Shown: positions 34,985 through 44,663, numbered from the stretch's first letter. The stretch is DNA of 64,000 nucleotides from Trueperaceae bacterium (GCA_034521815.1 JAXHLW010000013.1:1184001-1248000); one strand, 5' to 3'. The notes: generated by a model not told the origin, from the letters alone. Numbers and translations: made by a program.

Positions 34985-35560
34985 TCAGTCTTCCTCGAGC
35001 ACGTACGACGGCTCGTGCGCGTCGGGAGCCAGATCGAAGATGCCTCCCGCCGCGCGGAGGTTGACGACGACGGCTTCGAAGCGCTCGACGAGCGGCAGCC
35101 GAAACAGCGAGGTGTCTTCGGCCGGGCGCATCACCCGAGCGTCGAACAACGTCTGGAACGGCTTCCTGTGCATCGCATCCTGCAGGAAGTCGCTGGTCCG
35201 CAGGTTCGGCCTGAGCTGCATCCGGCCCGCGAGGACGTAGTTCGGAAACACGAGGTAGACGTGCCGCTGCTGCGTCGGCATGTTCGGATCGGTGGGCATC
35301 CAGGCCCCACCGACGATCCATGCGACCTGATCCTTCGGAATCGCCGCGAACTCCGTTTCGTAGCGAAAGTCCTCGCGCTTGGGCGGATGCTCGATCCCGC
35401 TCGCGTACATCGAGCACGAGGTCATCGTCAGGTGCGGCCGATCGTCCGCGTTCAGGAACTCGGCCGTCCCCCGCGAGCTCGGGAGGTGGATCTTGCCGAT
35501 CACCCGGAACTGCGTCGTGTAGACCCTCGCCTCGGTCGGCGTCACGTTCGCGTAGAACAC
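34985..35560 (-). CDS. Hypothetical protein with two internal beta-rich repeats
   Basis: Halves align: VYTTQFRVIGKIHLP..RGTAEFLN versus LVFPNYVLAGRMQLR..LRTSDFLQ; TAACGT 6 nt before GTG. Confidence 0.7.
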   Translation of the reverse strand: MFYANVTPTEARVYTTQFRVIGKIHLPSSRGTAEFLNADDRPHLTMTSCSMYASGIEHPPKREDFRYETEFAAIPKDQVAWIVGGAWMPTDPNMPTQQRHVYLVFPNYVLAGRMQLRPNLRTSDFLQDAMHRKPFQTLFDARVMRPAEDTSLFRLPLVERFEAVVVNLRAAGGIFDLAPDAHEPSYVLEED

Positions 35561-35680
35561 GCAACGACGTTAGCACGTGAGCGACGCCGTCCTTCGCAGG
35601 AGACCCGGAAGCCCGGGCGCTCGGCGCCACCGCGGCGCCTCGCGGCTCGCGCGGCGGGGAGGCCGGATAGAATGCGCGGC

Positions 35681-37021
35681 ATGACGAGAACCCTGTTCGG
35701 GACCGACGGCGTGCGAGGCGTCGCGGGCCAAGCCCCGATGAGCGCGGAGACCGCGTTCGCGCTGGGCCGGGCCACCGCCGAGCGGCTGCGCGAGACGGCG
35801 GGGCGGCCTCCCCGAATCGTGCTGGGCGTCGATACGCGCCTCAGTGGCGCCATGCTTCGACACGCGTTCACCGCCGGCGCGATCTCGCGCGGCGCGCACG
35901 TGAGGTACGCCGGCATCGTGCCCACGCCTGGCGTGGCGTTCCTCGCTCGCCACGAAGGCGCCGATGCGGGCGTCGTGATCTCGGCCAGTCACAACCCGTA
36001 CCAGGACAACGGCATCAAGATCTTCTCGTCGAACGGCGACAAGCTGCCGGACGAGGAGGAGGCCGCGATCGAGCGCTGGCTGGAGGCGGGCGACGAGGCG
36101 TACCCGCCCGTGACCGGCGACGCCATCGGTGGAAGCGATCGCTACCCGAGCCGCAAGGGTGCGTACCGAGAGCACCTGCTCGAACACGCGCCCTACCTCG
36201 ACGGTCTCCGGGTGGGCTTGGACTGCGCGAACGGCGCGGCCAGCGAGATCGCGCCCGAGCTGTTCCGTCGCATCGGCGCACGGCTGCAGGTGATCCACGC
36301 CGGTCCGGACGGTCGCAACATCAACGTCGAGTGCGGATCGACCCACCCCTCCGCGATCGCGGCGCACGTCCTGGCTCACGGCCTGGACGTCGGCGTCGCG
36401 TTCGACGGGGACGCCGACAGGGCCCTCCTCGTCGATGCGCGTGGCCGACTCGTGACCGGGGATCACATCCTGGCCATCGTCGCCAGGGTCCGCGGCGACG
36501 CGGAGGTCGTCGGCACGGTGATGACGAATCTCGGCGTGGAACGGTGGATGTCGGAGCACGGCGTCACGGTGCACCGCACGATGGTCGGCGACCGCTACGT
36601 CCATCGCGAGCTCGTCCAGCGCGGTCTGCGACTCGGCGGCGAGGCGTCGGGCCACGTGCTCTTTCTCGACAAGGCGCCCACGGGGGACGGCCTCCTCACC
36701 GCCTTGCAGCTGCTGGCGGCGGTCCGAGCCTCGGGGCGCTCGCTCGAGACGTGGATGGACCAGATACCGAGCTACCCGCAGATCTTGCGCAACGTTCACG
36801 TCGACACCGGTCGCAAGCACGCGACGGCGAGCCATCCCGAGGTCCTCGCCGCCGTCGCGGACGCCGAAGCCGACCTGGGCGCCGAGGGGCGCGTGAGCCT
36901 ACGCCCCAGCGGGACCGAGCCGCTGGTGCGCGTCATGGTCGAGGGCGCCGACTCGGATCGGATCGAGCGGTACGCCGCTCGCCTCGCCGACGTCGTCGCT
37001 CGCGTCGGGGCCGCCTCGTGA
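35681..37021 (+). CDS. glmM: Phosphoglucosamine mutase
   Basis: FGTDGVRG, ISASHNPYQDNGIK, DCANGA, FDGDADR, GGEASGH, RPSGTEPLVRVMVE; TAGAAT 7 nt upstream. Confidence 0.95.
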   Translation: MTRTLFGTDGVRGVAGQAPMSAETAFALGRATAERLRETAGRPPRIVLGVDTRLSGAMLRHAFTAGAISRGAHVRYAGIVPTPGVAFLARHEGADAGVVISASHNPYQDNGIKIFSSNGDKLPDEEEAAIERWLEAGDEAYPPVTGDAIGGSDRYPSRKGAYREHLLEHAPYLDGLRVGLDCANGAASEIAPELFRRIGARLQVIHAGPDGRNINVECGSTHPSAIAAHVLAHGLDVGVAFDGDADRALLVDARGRLVTGDHILAIVARVRGDAEVVGTVMTNLGVERWMSEHGVTVHRTMVGDRYVHRELVQRGLRLGGEASGHVLFLDKAPTGDGLLTALQLLAAVRASGRSLETWMDQIPSYPQILRNVHVDTGRKHATASHPEVLAAVADAEADLGAEGRVSLRPSGTEPLVRVMVEGADSDRIERYAARLADVVARVGAAS

Positions 37022-37689
37022 AGGCCGGGGCGAGAGATGCTTGGGACACGACCGGACCGGCCGGCGGCTGGCTGGACGCGACACGTGCGCTTCACCCCGG
37101 CCACCCGGTGTGGCCCGGCGACGCTCCGTTCGTGATCGTTCCGACCGCCCGCATTCCGGAGGGCGCCAGCGTCAACCTTTCCAGCACGACAGGCACCACG
37201 CACCTGGGCACGCATGTCGACGCGCCGTGGCACTACGACGACGACGCGCCCCGGATCGAGTCGATCGGCCTGGACGTGCTGATCGGCGACGGCCAGGTGG
37301 TGGATCTCACGGCCGGCGAGGGACCGGTCGAGGCGGACGAGCTGCCGGGCGGTCCGTACGCCGGCCGGGTGCTGCTCCGCACCGGTCAGCCCGACGCGTG
37401 GGTCGCCTTTCCCACCGACCTTCGCGCGCTCACCCCAGGCGCGGTCCAGCGGTTGGCGGCCGGCGGGGCGCGGCTGATCGGCACCGACGCTCCGAGCGTC
37501 GACGAGTTGGACAGTGCGGACCTGGCGGCCCATCACGCCTGCGGACGGGCGGGCGTGACGATCGTCGAAGGCTTGGCCTTGGGGCGCGTCCCGGCCGGGC
37601 CGTGCCGCGTCATCTGCCTGCCGCTCCGGCTGGTCGGAACGGACGCGGCTCCGGCGCGCGTCGTCGTGCAGCCGCTGCGCAGCGCATGA
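37018..37689 (+). CDS. kynB: Cyclase-family arylformamidase (kynurenine formamidase)
   Basis: VWPGD, HLGTHVDAPWH, GTDAPSVD, EGL, LPLRL.G.DAAPAR; adjacent to kynU. Confidence 0.8.
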   Translation: MKAGARDAWDTTGPAGGWLDATRALHPGHPVWPGDAPFVIVPTARIPEGASVNLSSTTGTTHLGTHVDAPWHYDDDAPRIESIGLDVLIGDGQVVDLTAGEGPVEADELPGGPYAGRVLLRTGQPDAWVAFPTDLRALTPGAVQRLAAGGARLIGTDAPSVDELDSADLAAHHACGRAGVTIVEGLALGRVPAGPCRVICLPLRLVGTDAAPARVVVQPLRSA

Positions 37690-38879
37690 GCGAGCTCCCG
37701 CTGCGCGAGGCGTTCCTCCTTCCTACCGGCGTGTACCTCGACGGCAACTCGCTGGGGCCTCTCAGCTGGGCCGCCCACGCCGCCGTCGAACGACGCATGC
37801 GCCAGTGGCACCATCACGGCGTGACGGCGTGGGACGACTGGATCGGCTTGGCGGAACGGCTCGCTCCCGCGCTGGCACGCCTGGTGGGCGCGAACGCCGA
37901 CGAGGTCATCCCGACCGGCGGCGTCACCGTGAATCTCCACGCGGTGCTCGCCGGGCTCTACCGGCCAGAAGGGCGACGCCGCCACATCGTGGCGTTGGCT
38001 CGCGAGTTTCCGAGCGACCTGTACGCGCTCAGGTCGTGGACCGATCGTCACGGCGCCGAGCTCCGGCTCGTGGGCGGCACCGACGAGGTGGTCGACGAGG
38101 CGGACATCGAAGCCGCGCTGGACGACGAGGTCGCGCTCGCCTGGCTGCCCGTCGTGACCTACCGCGCCGGTCAGCTCCTGGACGTGGCTCGGCTGACGCG
38201 TGCCGCGCACGCTGCGGGCGCCTTGGCGGGATGGGACGCGGCGCACTCGATCGGCGCGGTTCCCCACGCGCTCCACGATCACGGTGCCGACGTGGCGGTG
38301 TGGTGCTCGTACAAGTACCTCAACGGCGGCCCCGGAGCGCCTGGCGGGCTGTTCGTGCACCGACGCCATCACGGGCGCACCCCCGGGATGCCCGGCTGGT
38401 GGGGCCACGAGCGGACCAGCCAGTTCGAGATGCGTCCCGACTTCACCCCCGAGGCCGGGGCCGCCGGGTGGCAGATGGGCACGCCCAGCATCTTGGCGCT
38501 GGCCGGCTTGGAAGGCGCACTGGCGGTGTTCGAGGAGGTCCGGATCGATGCGGTGCGCGAGCGCTCGCTCGAACTCACGCGCCGGCTGATCGACGCCGTC
38601 GACCGCGAGCTTCCGGAGCTCGCCGTCGTCACGCCACGCGACGAAGCCCGCCGGGGCGGGCACGTCGCGCTGCGCCACGCGCATGCCGCCGGAATCTCTC
38701 GCGCGTTGCGCGAACGGAAGGTGATCGCCGACTTCAGGCGTCCCGACCTGCTGCGCCTCGCGCCCGTCGCGCTGTACAACGACGAGCGCGAGGTCGACAC
38801 GGTGGTCGCAACGCTCAGGGACGTCCTCGACGAGAGCGCCTACCTCCGTCCCCCGCCCACCGAGCCGTCCGTGCCGTGA
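37686..38879 (+). CDS. kynU: Kynureninase
   Basis: YLDGNSLG, FPSDLY, GWDAAHSIGA, WCSYKYLNGGPG, GWWGH, RRGGHV, RLAPVALYN. Confidence 0.93.
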   Translation: MSELPLREAFLLPTGVYLDGNSLGPLSWAAHAAVERRMRQWHHHGVTAWDDWIGLAERLAPALARLVGANADEVIPTGGVTVNLHAVLAGLYRPEGRRRHIVALAREFPSDLYALRSWTDRHGAELRLVGGTDEVVDEADIEAALDDEVALAWLPVVTYRAGQLLDVARLTRAAHAAGALAGWDAAHSIGAVPHALHDHGADVAVWCSYKYLNGGPGAPGGLFVHRRHHGRTPGMPGWWGHERTSQFEMRPDFTPEAGAAGWQMGTPSILALAGLEGALAVFEEVRIDAVRERSLELTRRLIDAVDRELPELAVVTPRDEARRGGHVALRHAHAAGISRALRERKVIADFRRPDLLRLAPVALYNDEREVDTVVATLRDVLDESAYLRPPPTEPSVP

Positions 38880-38896
38880 GCGGCTATCATGCCGGC

Positions 38897-39163
38897 ATGA
38901 ACGAACCCAGCGAGGCGCCGGGCGACTCCGTTCCTCGCGACTCCGTTTCTGGCGACTCCGTTCCTGGCGTTTCAGCTCCTCGCGTCTCGACCGTGGGGTA
39001 CGCGATCGGCGTCGGTATGGCGTTCATGGCCGTGGTCGGCGTGTTCGTGAGGTTCGCCTTCGCAGGCGCGCCGGACGTGCTTCTGCTCGGCGGCTCGTTC
39101 CTCGTGGGCGCGGCCCTGGGCGCTGTCCGTGCGCGTGCCACCCGCGTGGACCTGTCCGACTGA
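38897..39163 (+). CDS. Small two-TM membrane protein
   Basis: Two hydrophobic helices; TATCAT 6 nt before ATG; N-terminal DSV 15-bp repeats. Confidence 0.6.
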   Translation: MNEPSEAPGDSVPRDSVSGDSVPGVSAPRVSTVGYAIGVGMAFMAVVGVFVRFAFAGAPDVLLLGGSFLVGAALGAVRARATRVDLSD

Positions 39164-39244
39164 GGCGCCGCCGCACACCCGAGAGCCCGGGCCACGGGTC
39201 TCGAGCGCCGTGCCCCCGTGACGAACCCGAACAAGAGCCAATCG

Positions 39245-39274
39245 ACAGCGATCCGCATCGCTGCGGATCGCTGT
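39245..39274. terminator. Perfect 13-bp hairpin between a convergent gene and the tRNA cluster
   Basis: ACAGCGATCCGCA-TCGC-TGCGGATCGCTGT; no clear U-tract. Confidence 0.45.
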
Positions 39275-39308
39275 GGACGTGGCTGGCCGTCATCGACGGC
39301 CCTTCTTC

Positions 39309-39385
<77 letters not shown>

Positions 39386-39416
39386 ATGCATCGTGCTCGG
39401 GCCTTGGAATCGGTAG

Positions 39417-39509
39417 TGGCGGAGAGGGAGGGATTCGAACCCTCGATAGAGGTTTTGCCCCTATACTCCCTTAGCAGGGGAGCGCCTTCAGCCGCTCGGC
39501 CACCTCTCC
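39417..39509 (-). tRNA. tRNA-Ser(GCT)
   Basis: GGAGAGGTGGCCGAGCGG...CTCCC-CT-GCT-AA-GGGAG, long variable arm, CCA end. Confidence 0.97.
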
Positions 39510-39539
39510 TGGTTGCCCGACGCCGACCGGACGATCGAG

Positions 39540-39629
39540 TGGCGGAGGGTGAGGGATTCGAACCCCCGGTGGGGCGAGCCCCACAACGGTTTTCAAGACC
39601 GCCGCTTTCGACCGCTCAGCCAACCCTCC
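39540..39629 (-). tRNA. tRNA-Ser(TGA)
   Basis: GGAGGGTTGGCTGAGCGG...GCGGT-CT-TGA-AA-ACCGT, long variable arm, CCA end. Confidence 0.97.
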
Positions 39630-39643
39630 GGTCAGCGCAGGGA

Positions 39644-39672
39644 AGTATACCGGCAGGCCCAGAAGGTGTCAA
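39644..39672 (-). promoter_or_regulatory. Near-consensus sigma70 promoter of the Ser-Ser-Arg tRNA operon
   Basis: TTGACA-17 nt-TATACT; the -35 box contains the trmJ stop codon. Confidence 0.88.
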
Positions 39673-40433
39673 CGCGTGCTCGACTCGTCCTGGGGGTGGC
39701 CCGGAAGCCGCTCCGGATCGCGCTTCGCGGCCCATGCCGCTTGCGAGATCAGGCCCCGCAGCGCCGCGACTTCGCGGGGTGTGGGCACGGCACGGTCCAG
39801 CAGACCCCGAAACAGCCTGAGCGTGGGAACCTCGCGGCGTGCGTCCGTGAACCCGATCAAATGCCAGAGCGCGACGAGATCGTCGTACATCCGCTCCACC
39901 TGATCGCGATCAGCGACCTCGGCGAGGTCCGGTCCGACCTCTCCTCTGCGCCGGCGCTCGAACCAACGGTGCGCCAGGATGTTCACCGCTTGGGCCAGGT
40001 TGATCGACGCGTAGTCCGCCGTAGGAATCTGGATCAACGCCTGACAACGATCGAGCTCCTCGTTCGCGAGGCCGTGATCCTCGGGACCGAACACCAGCGC
40101 GCCGCCCACGTCGGGAACGGTCGCGAGACCGTCGTCGGGCGGATAGTGGCGCACGGTCTCGCTTGCCCGCGGGCGGGCGGAGGTACCCACCGCCCAGCGC
40201 ACGCCGCGGAGCGCCTCGCCCAGGTCCGGCGCCACCGTCGCACGGTCCAGGACGTCACCGGCATGCGACGCCAGGGCCCGTGCGCTCGCGTCGATCCGGC
40301 AGCGCGGCGCGACCAGGACCAGCTCGGCAAGGCCGAAGTTCTTCATCGCCCGCGCCGCCGCCCCCACGTTCTCGGACGACTTGGGCCGCACCAGCACGAT
40401 GCGGAGACCGGCACGCTCGGAATCGTCGTTCAT
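39669..40433 (-). CDS. SPOUT RNA methyltransferase, TrmJ/LasT family
   Basis: IVLVRP..ENVGAAARAMKNFGL, GTSAR, LVFGPED.GL.NEEL, YASINLAQAV. Confidence 0.9.
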   Translation of the reverse strand: MNDDSERAGLRIVLVRPKSSENVGAAARAMKNFGLAELVLVAPRCRIDASARALASHAGDVLDRATVAPDLGEALRGVRWAVGTSARPRASETVRHYPPDDGLATVPDVGGALVFGPEDHGLANEELDRCQALIQIPTADYASINLAQAVNILAHRWFERRRRGEVGPDLAEVADRDQVERMYDDLVALWHLIGFTDARREVPTLRLFRGLLDRAVPTPREVAALRGLISQAAWAAKRDPERLPGHPQDESSTR

Positions 40434-40454
40434 GCAGGGACGATACCGGACGCG

Positions 40455-40484
40455 AAACCGCCCCCGGCACGTGCCGGGGGCGGT
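40455..40484 (-). terminator. Probable intrinsic terminator after rpsT
   Basis: 28-bp perfect palindrome ACCGCCCCCGGCACGTGCCGGGGGCGGT ending in a short T-run on the minus strand. Confidence 0.65.
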
Positions 40485-40521
40485 GCGATCGCGTAGCTGA
40501 CGCTGCTTTCAGGGGCTGCCT

Positions 40522-40800
40522 TCAGGCCGCGACGCCCTCACGCATCTTGCGGATGCGGGCGGACAGGCGGCTCTTGCGGCGCGCCGCGGCGTTCTTGTGC
40601 ATGGTGGCGCCCTTGGAGGCCTTGTCGACCAGACCTTGCACGACCTTCTGGTACTTGGCGGCGGCGTCGAAGTCGCCCTGTTCGGCGGCGGTCAGCGCCT
40701 TCTTGGTGAAGGTACGGATCGTCGACTTCGCCGCGCGGTTGCGCAGACGGGCGACTTCGGACTGGCGGTGCCGTTTCATCGCGGACGGGTTGCGAGCCAT
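40522..40800 (-). CDS. rpsT: 30S ribosomal protein S20
   Basis: SAMKRHRQSE..RLRNRA.KSTIRT..KK, DKASKG..HKNAAARRKSRL. Confidence 0.96.
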   Translation of the reverse strand: MARNPSAMKRHRQSEVARLRNRAAKSTIRTFTKKALTAAEQGDFDAAAKYQKVVQGLVDKASKGATMHKNAAARRKSRLSARIRKMREGVAA

Positions 40801-41041
40801 GCTTCTCCTCGTGCTTCCTCTTGGAATGCGCGCGCCTCACGTCGACGTGGGCTCGCTGGGGGTCAGGAATCGTCCGATCACGGGTGCGGCGTCGTACGAG
40901 ACGCCTGCCTCTGCGTCGGTAGCCACAGGAGGGTAGCACATGCGTCCCGGCGTTCGCAACGTCACGCATGCACCGAAATCGTAGCCGTGCGGGTGACCAC
41001 GAACGAGCGCCTGGAGAATCTCCGAGCGAGGATACTGGGGA

Positions 41042-41950
41042 ATGGACATCGACGACACGACCCGCACCGTCGGCGCCGCGCTGGAGCGCGGTCTCGTCGG
41101 ACTGACCGAACAGCTCGTCTTCTGGCTGCCGCGCGTCGCGATCGCGGCGATGGTGATCCTGGTCGCGATCCGGATGGGACGTTGGGCGGCACGCCTGGCA
41201 TCGCGACCGTTCGGGTCCACCACGCAGACCGTTCAACGGTTCGTCGCGCGCGTCACCGAGCTCGGCGTGGGCGTCCTAGGCATCGCGCTCGCCCTGAACG
41301 TCCTCGGCCTGGGCGCTTTCGCCGCGGGCATCCTCGCCTCGGGATCCGTCGTGGCGATCGTGCTGGGCTTCGCGTTCCAGGAGATCGGCAAGAACCTGAT
41401 CGCCGGCGTGTTCCTCGCGTTCAACCGGCCGTTCAAGACCGGGGACATCATCGCGTGCGACGGTTTCGCGGGGGAGGTTCGCGCCCTCGACCTGCGCACC
41501 ACCCACATCCGCAACTTCGACGGCCGCGACATCTTCATTCCGAACGCGACCATCTTCACGCAGACGCTCGTCAACTACACGATCGACGACCTGCGCCGCC
41601 GTGCGTTCCGTATCGGTGTCCGCTACGAGGACGACGCCCTCGCCGCCACGGAGATCCTGAGGGCCGCGGTGCCGGACGTCGCGGGCGTGCTGACCGAGCC
41701 GGCGCCCAGCGCCGCCATCGTCGAGCTGTCGCCCTCGACGGTCGACCTCGAGATCGCGTACTGGGTGTCGATGGACGATTCGGTCCGCGTTCGGGCACAG
41801 GTGGGCTCGGCGGTCATGGACGCCTGCCGCCGGGCCCTGCTGCACGCCGGGTACACCGTCTCTCCGAACGTGACGACGGCGGTGGAGCTGGCCGGGAGTC
41901 CGGCGCCGCAACCGGTGCGGGTCGACATGCGACGTGCAGGACCTGCCTGA
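41042..41950 (+). CDS. Small-conductance mechanosensitive channel (MscS family)
   Basis: Three TM segments; GFAFQEI.KNLIAG, RPFKTGD, GEV..LRTTHIR.FDG..IFIPN. Confidence 0.9.
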   Translation: MDIDDTTRTVGAALERGLVGLTEQLVFWLPRVAIAAMVILVAIRMGRWAARLASRPFGSTTQTVQRFVARVTELGVGVLGIALALNVLGLGAFAAGILASGSVVAIVLGFAFQEIGKNLIAGVFLAFNRPFKTGDIIACDGFAGEVRALDLRTTHIRNFDGRDIFIPNATIFTQTLVNYTIDDLRRRAFRIGVRYEDDALAATEILRAAVPDVAGVLTEPAPSAAIVELSPSTVDLEIAYWVSMDDSVRVRAQVGSAVMDACRRALLHAGYTVSPNVTTAVELAGSPAPQPVRVDMRRAGPA

Positions 41951-42093
41951 TGCCTTCGCCGAAGGACGCTGAGCTCGGCCGGCAGTGCCATCTCGCCTAG
42001 GGCGGGCGTGCAGGTCGTGTGAACAGCTGCACACGAGCATCGGGACGGGAGCGGGCCGCGGACCCCCTGGCCGGTGCTACGCTCGCGGTTCTC

Positions 42094-43653
42094 ATGCCCA
42101 ACGGTCCGCGCCCACGCCTCGCGACTCGTACCGTGGCCGCATCGCCCCGCCCCGCGACCCGCCGTGGACCGGTCCTCGCGGCCCTGGTGCTCGCGATGTT
42201 CATGGCGGCCATCGAAGGCACGATCGTCGCGACGGCCATGCCCAGCATCGCGGGGTCGCTGGGGGGATTCTCCCTGTACGCCTGGGTCTTCGCGTCGTAC
42301 CTGCTCATGCAGGCGGTGACGACCCCGATGTTCGGCAAGCTGGCCGACCTGTACGGACGAAAGCCGATCTTCGTCGGTGGCGTCGCGATCTTCCTGGTCG
42401 GCTCGCTGGCGTGCGGCTTCGCCCCGTCGATGCCGTGGCTGATCGCGTTCCGGCTGGTGCAGGGAATCGGCGCCGGCGCCGTTCAGCCCGTGACCAGCAC
42501 CATCGCCGCCGACCTGTACGCCTTTCACGAGCGGGCTCGGGTCCAGGGCTGGCTATCGAGCGTGTGGGGGATCTCGGCCGTCACCGGTCCGCTCGCGGGG
42601 GGCCTGATCGTCGAGCAGGTGCACTGGGCATGGATCTTCTGGATCAACGTGCCGTTCGGTGCGCTGGCGATCGCGGGCGTCCTGGCGTACCTGCACGAGG
42701 ACGTGCCTCGCAGCGAGCGGTCGATCGACCGTACGGGCGTGGGCACGTTCGTGCTGGGCGTCGGTGCGCTCATCGTGCTGCTCACGCAGGCGGGCTCGCT
42801 GTCGACCCCTTGGACGCTCGCGCTGGCGGGCGTGACCGTCGTATCGCTCTCCCTGTTCTGGCGACACGAGCGATCGGCGCCCGAAGCGATGATGCCGCCC
42901 GATTTGTGGCACGACCCGCTGGTGCGCATCGCCAACATCGCCTCGTTCGGTGCCGGCGTCGTGATGATCGCCGTGATCACGTACCTCCCGACCTACGTTC
43001 AGGGCGTGCTGGGAGCGTCGGCGCTGGTCGCGGGGTTCACGCTGACGACGATGTCGATGGGCTGGCCGGTGGCCGCCGTCGCGGCGGGGCACCTCATGGT
43101 CCGGCTGGGCACGCGGTTCACGGCCCGAGCCGGCGCGATCGCGCTGGCCAGCGGAGCCGTGGGATTCGCGTTCCTGGACCGTGTCGGCGACCCTCGGTTC
43201 GCTGCGGCGGCGTCCCTGGCCGTCGGCGTCGGGATGGGCCTGATGATGACGACGTTCCTGGTCTCGATCCAGACGCGCGTGCCGTGGGAGCGGCGTGGGG
43301 CGGCGACGGCGACCAACGTGCTGATGCGGATTCTCGGGAATGCGATCGGCGCGGCCATGCTGGGCGGGGTGATCAACGCATCCCTGCTCGCCTGGCTTCG
43401 GCGTGAGGGACTCGCCGGCAGGCTGGACTTGGACGACGTGACGCGGGCCCTGGGCGAGGCCGGCTCGTTGGATCCCGCTCTTCTCGCGGGGATCCGCGGC
43501 GGGCTCGCCGCGGCTCTCGATCTGGCGTTCCTGGTGATGGCGGCCTGTGCGCTCGCTACGCTCCTGGTCGCGTTCGCGATGCCCGATCTCGCGCCTGGCG
43601 AGACGCGCGCCGGGGCGCCCGATCAGGCTGCCGACGCCGAGCCGGAGGCATGA
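42094..43653 (+). CDS. MFS multidrug efflux transporter (14-TM DHA2/MDR type)
   Basis: AAIEGTIVATAMP, GKLADLYGRK, RLVQGIGAG, GPLAGG, WIFWINVP. Confidence 0.92.
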   Translation: MPNGPRPRLATRTVAASPRPATRRGPVLAALVLAMFMAAIEGTIVATAMPSIAGSLGGFSLYAWVFASYLLMQAVTTPMFGKLADLYGRKPIFVGGVAIFLVGSLACGFAPSMPWLIAFRLVQGIGAGAVQPVTSTIAADLYAFHERARVQGWLSSVWGISAVTGPLAGGLIVEQVHWAWIFWINVPFGALAIAGVLAYLHEDVPRSERSIDRTGVGTFVLGVGALIVLLTQAGSLSTPWTLALAGVTVVSLSLFWRHERSAPEAMMPPDLWHDPLVRIANIASFGAGVVMIAVITYLPTYVQGVLGASALVAGFTLTTMSMGWPVAAVAAGHLMVRLGTRFTARAGAIALASGAVGFAFLDRVGDPRFAAAASLAVGVGMGLMMTTFLVSIQTRVPWERRGAATATNVLMRILGNAIGAAMLGGVINASLLAWLRREGLAGRLDLDDVTRALGEAGSLDPALLAGIRGGLAAALDLAFLVMAACALATLLVAFAMPDLAPGETRAGAPDQAADAEPEA

Positions 43654-43737
43654 GTCGATCGAGCAAAGCGGAGCGGCCCGCCCTTTCGGACGAGCCGCTT
43701 CGGACGAGCCGCTCCACTCGATCTCGGTAACGTCGCG

Positions 43738-43986
43738 TCAGCGTCGTACCGCGCGCAAGATCGCCAGCAACACCACCGCCCCGACGAAGGCCACGAACAG
43801 ACTGTAGAAGTTGAATCCGGTCACGCCTTGCGCCCCGAACAAGCCGAAGAGCCAGCCACCGAGGAGGGCGCCGACGATCCCGACGACGATGTCGATCAAG
43901 AGCCCCTGTTCGGCTCTCGTCTTCATCACCATGCTGGCCAACCAGCCAGCGACGGCTCCGAGCACGATCCACAACAAAAAGTTCAT
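43738..43986 (-). CDS. GlsB/YeaQ/YmgE family stress-response membrane protein
   Basis: WIVLGAVAGWLA, DIVVGIVGALLGGWL, AFVGAVVLL; GGAAGG RBS. Confidence 0.9.
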   Translation of the reverse strand: MNFLLWIVLGAVAGWLASMVMKTRAEQGLLIDIVVGIVGALLGGWLFGLFGAQGVTGFNFYSLFVAFVGAVVLLAILRAVRR

Positions 43987-44250
43987 ACAACATCCTTCCC
44001 GACTCGGGTCGAGGGCCGACGACGGCGGGCGCGTACGAAACGTGCAGGCTCGGTCGCCGTGACCTTGTCGATTCATCGTGGCCTGCCGCGTCGGCGTCAG
44101 CAACGTTCACGGCGCCTTGCTACGACGATCATGACGCGCTCGACCGCGATCCCTGTGCACATCCGTACATACCGAAAGCCGCCCCGAAGCGTGGAAGGCC
44201 GTCATGGCGCCCGCTACCCGAACCGTCCTATACTTCGGTATCGACCAGCA

Positions 44251-44310
44251 CCTGGACACACCAGATCTGGATACACCACGCCTGGACACGCCACGCCTGG
44301 ACACGCCATG
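44251..44310 (+). repeat. Four 15-bp direct repeats (YCTGGAYACRCCA..) ending in the ATG at 44308
   Basis: cctggacacaccaga / tctggatacaccacg / cctggacacgccacg / cctggacacgccatg. Confidence 0.85.
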
Positions 44311-44658
44311 ACGGACTTCGTCCGCTTCCTCGCCGCGTGGTCGCTTCTCCACGAGAGTGCGGACGAGGGCTGGAAAGCCGCGGTCCAGCGTGGTGAAGGG
44401 CTCGAGCCGGGGCGCCCCGGACAGGGGCCGGACGCGTTCGTCGACGGCCTCGCCGCGCTGGTGAACGACGAGAAGGAACGCCTGAAGCGCGAGCTCTCGA
44501 CCGACGATGCGAACGAGGCCGCGCGCGAGCCGATTCGAAGCTCGGCGGATCTCGCCGACAAGCTCGACGCGGTAGCGTTCGAGCTGGCCGAGCTTCGCGG
44601 CCGCCTCGAGTCGCTGCAGGCGTCCGTCGACGCTCTCGCCGCACGCCGGGACGACTGA
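44308..44658 (+). CDS. Hypothetical coiled-coil protein (phasin-like?)
   Basis: Amphipathic N-terminus, C-terminal heptads (ELAELRGRLESLQASVDAL); 5 nt upstream of the ABC1 kinase. Confidence 0.6.
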   Translation: MTDFVRFLAAWSLLHESADEGWKAAVQRGEGLEPGRPGQGPDAFVDGLAALVNDEKERLKRELSTDDANEAAREPIRSSADLADKLDAVAFELAELRGRLESLQASVDALAARRDD

Positions 44659-44663
44659 AGACC

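Noticed and set aside
39164-39308. Integrative element or att site at the tRNA-Arg 3' end (also considered for tRNA-Leu)
   Set aside because: No integrase and no duplicated tRNA 3' segment noticed in the window
39540-39629. tRNA with anticodon TGA and long variable arm as a possible selenocysteine or suppressor tRNA
   Set aside because: Anticodon UGA reads UCA (Ser); tRNA-Sec needs anticodon UCA; the structure is an ordinary tRNA-Ser
44251-44310. Direct repeats as a possible CRISPR array (also 31029..31090 and 2287..2346)
   Set aside because: Units are 8-15 bp, essentially contiguous, without unique spacers; no cas genes in the window
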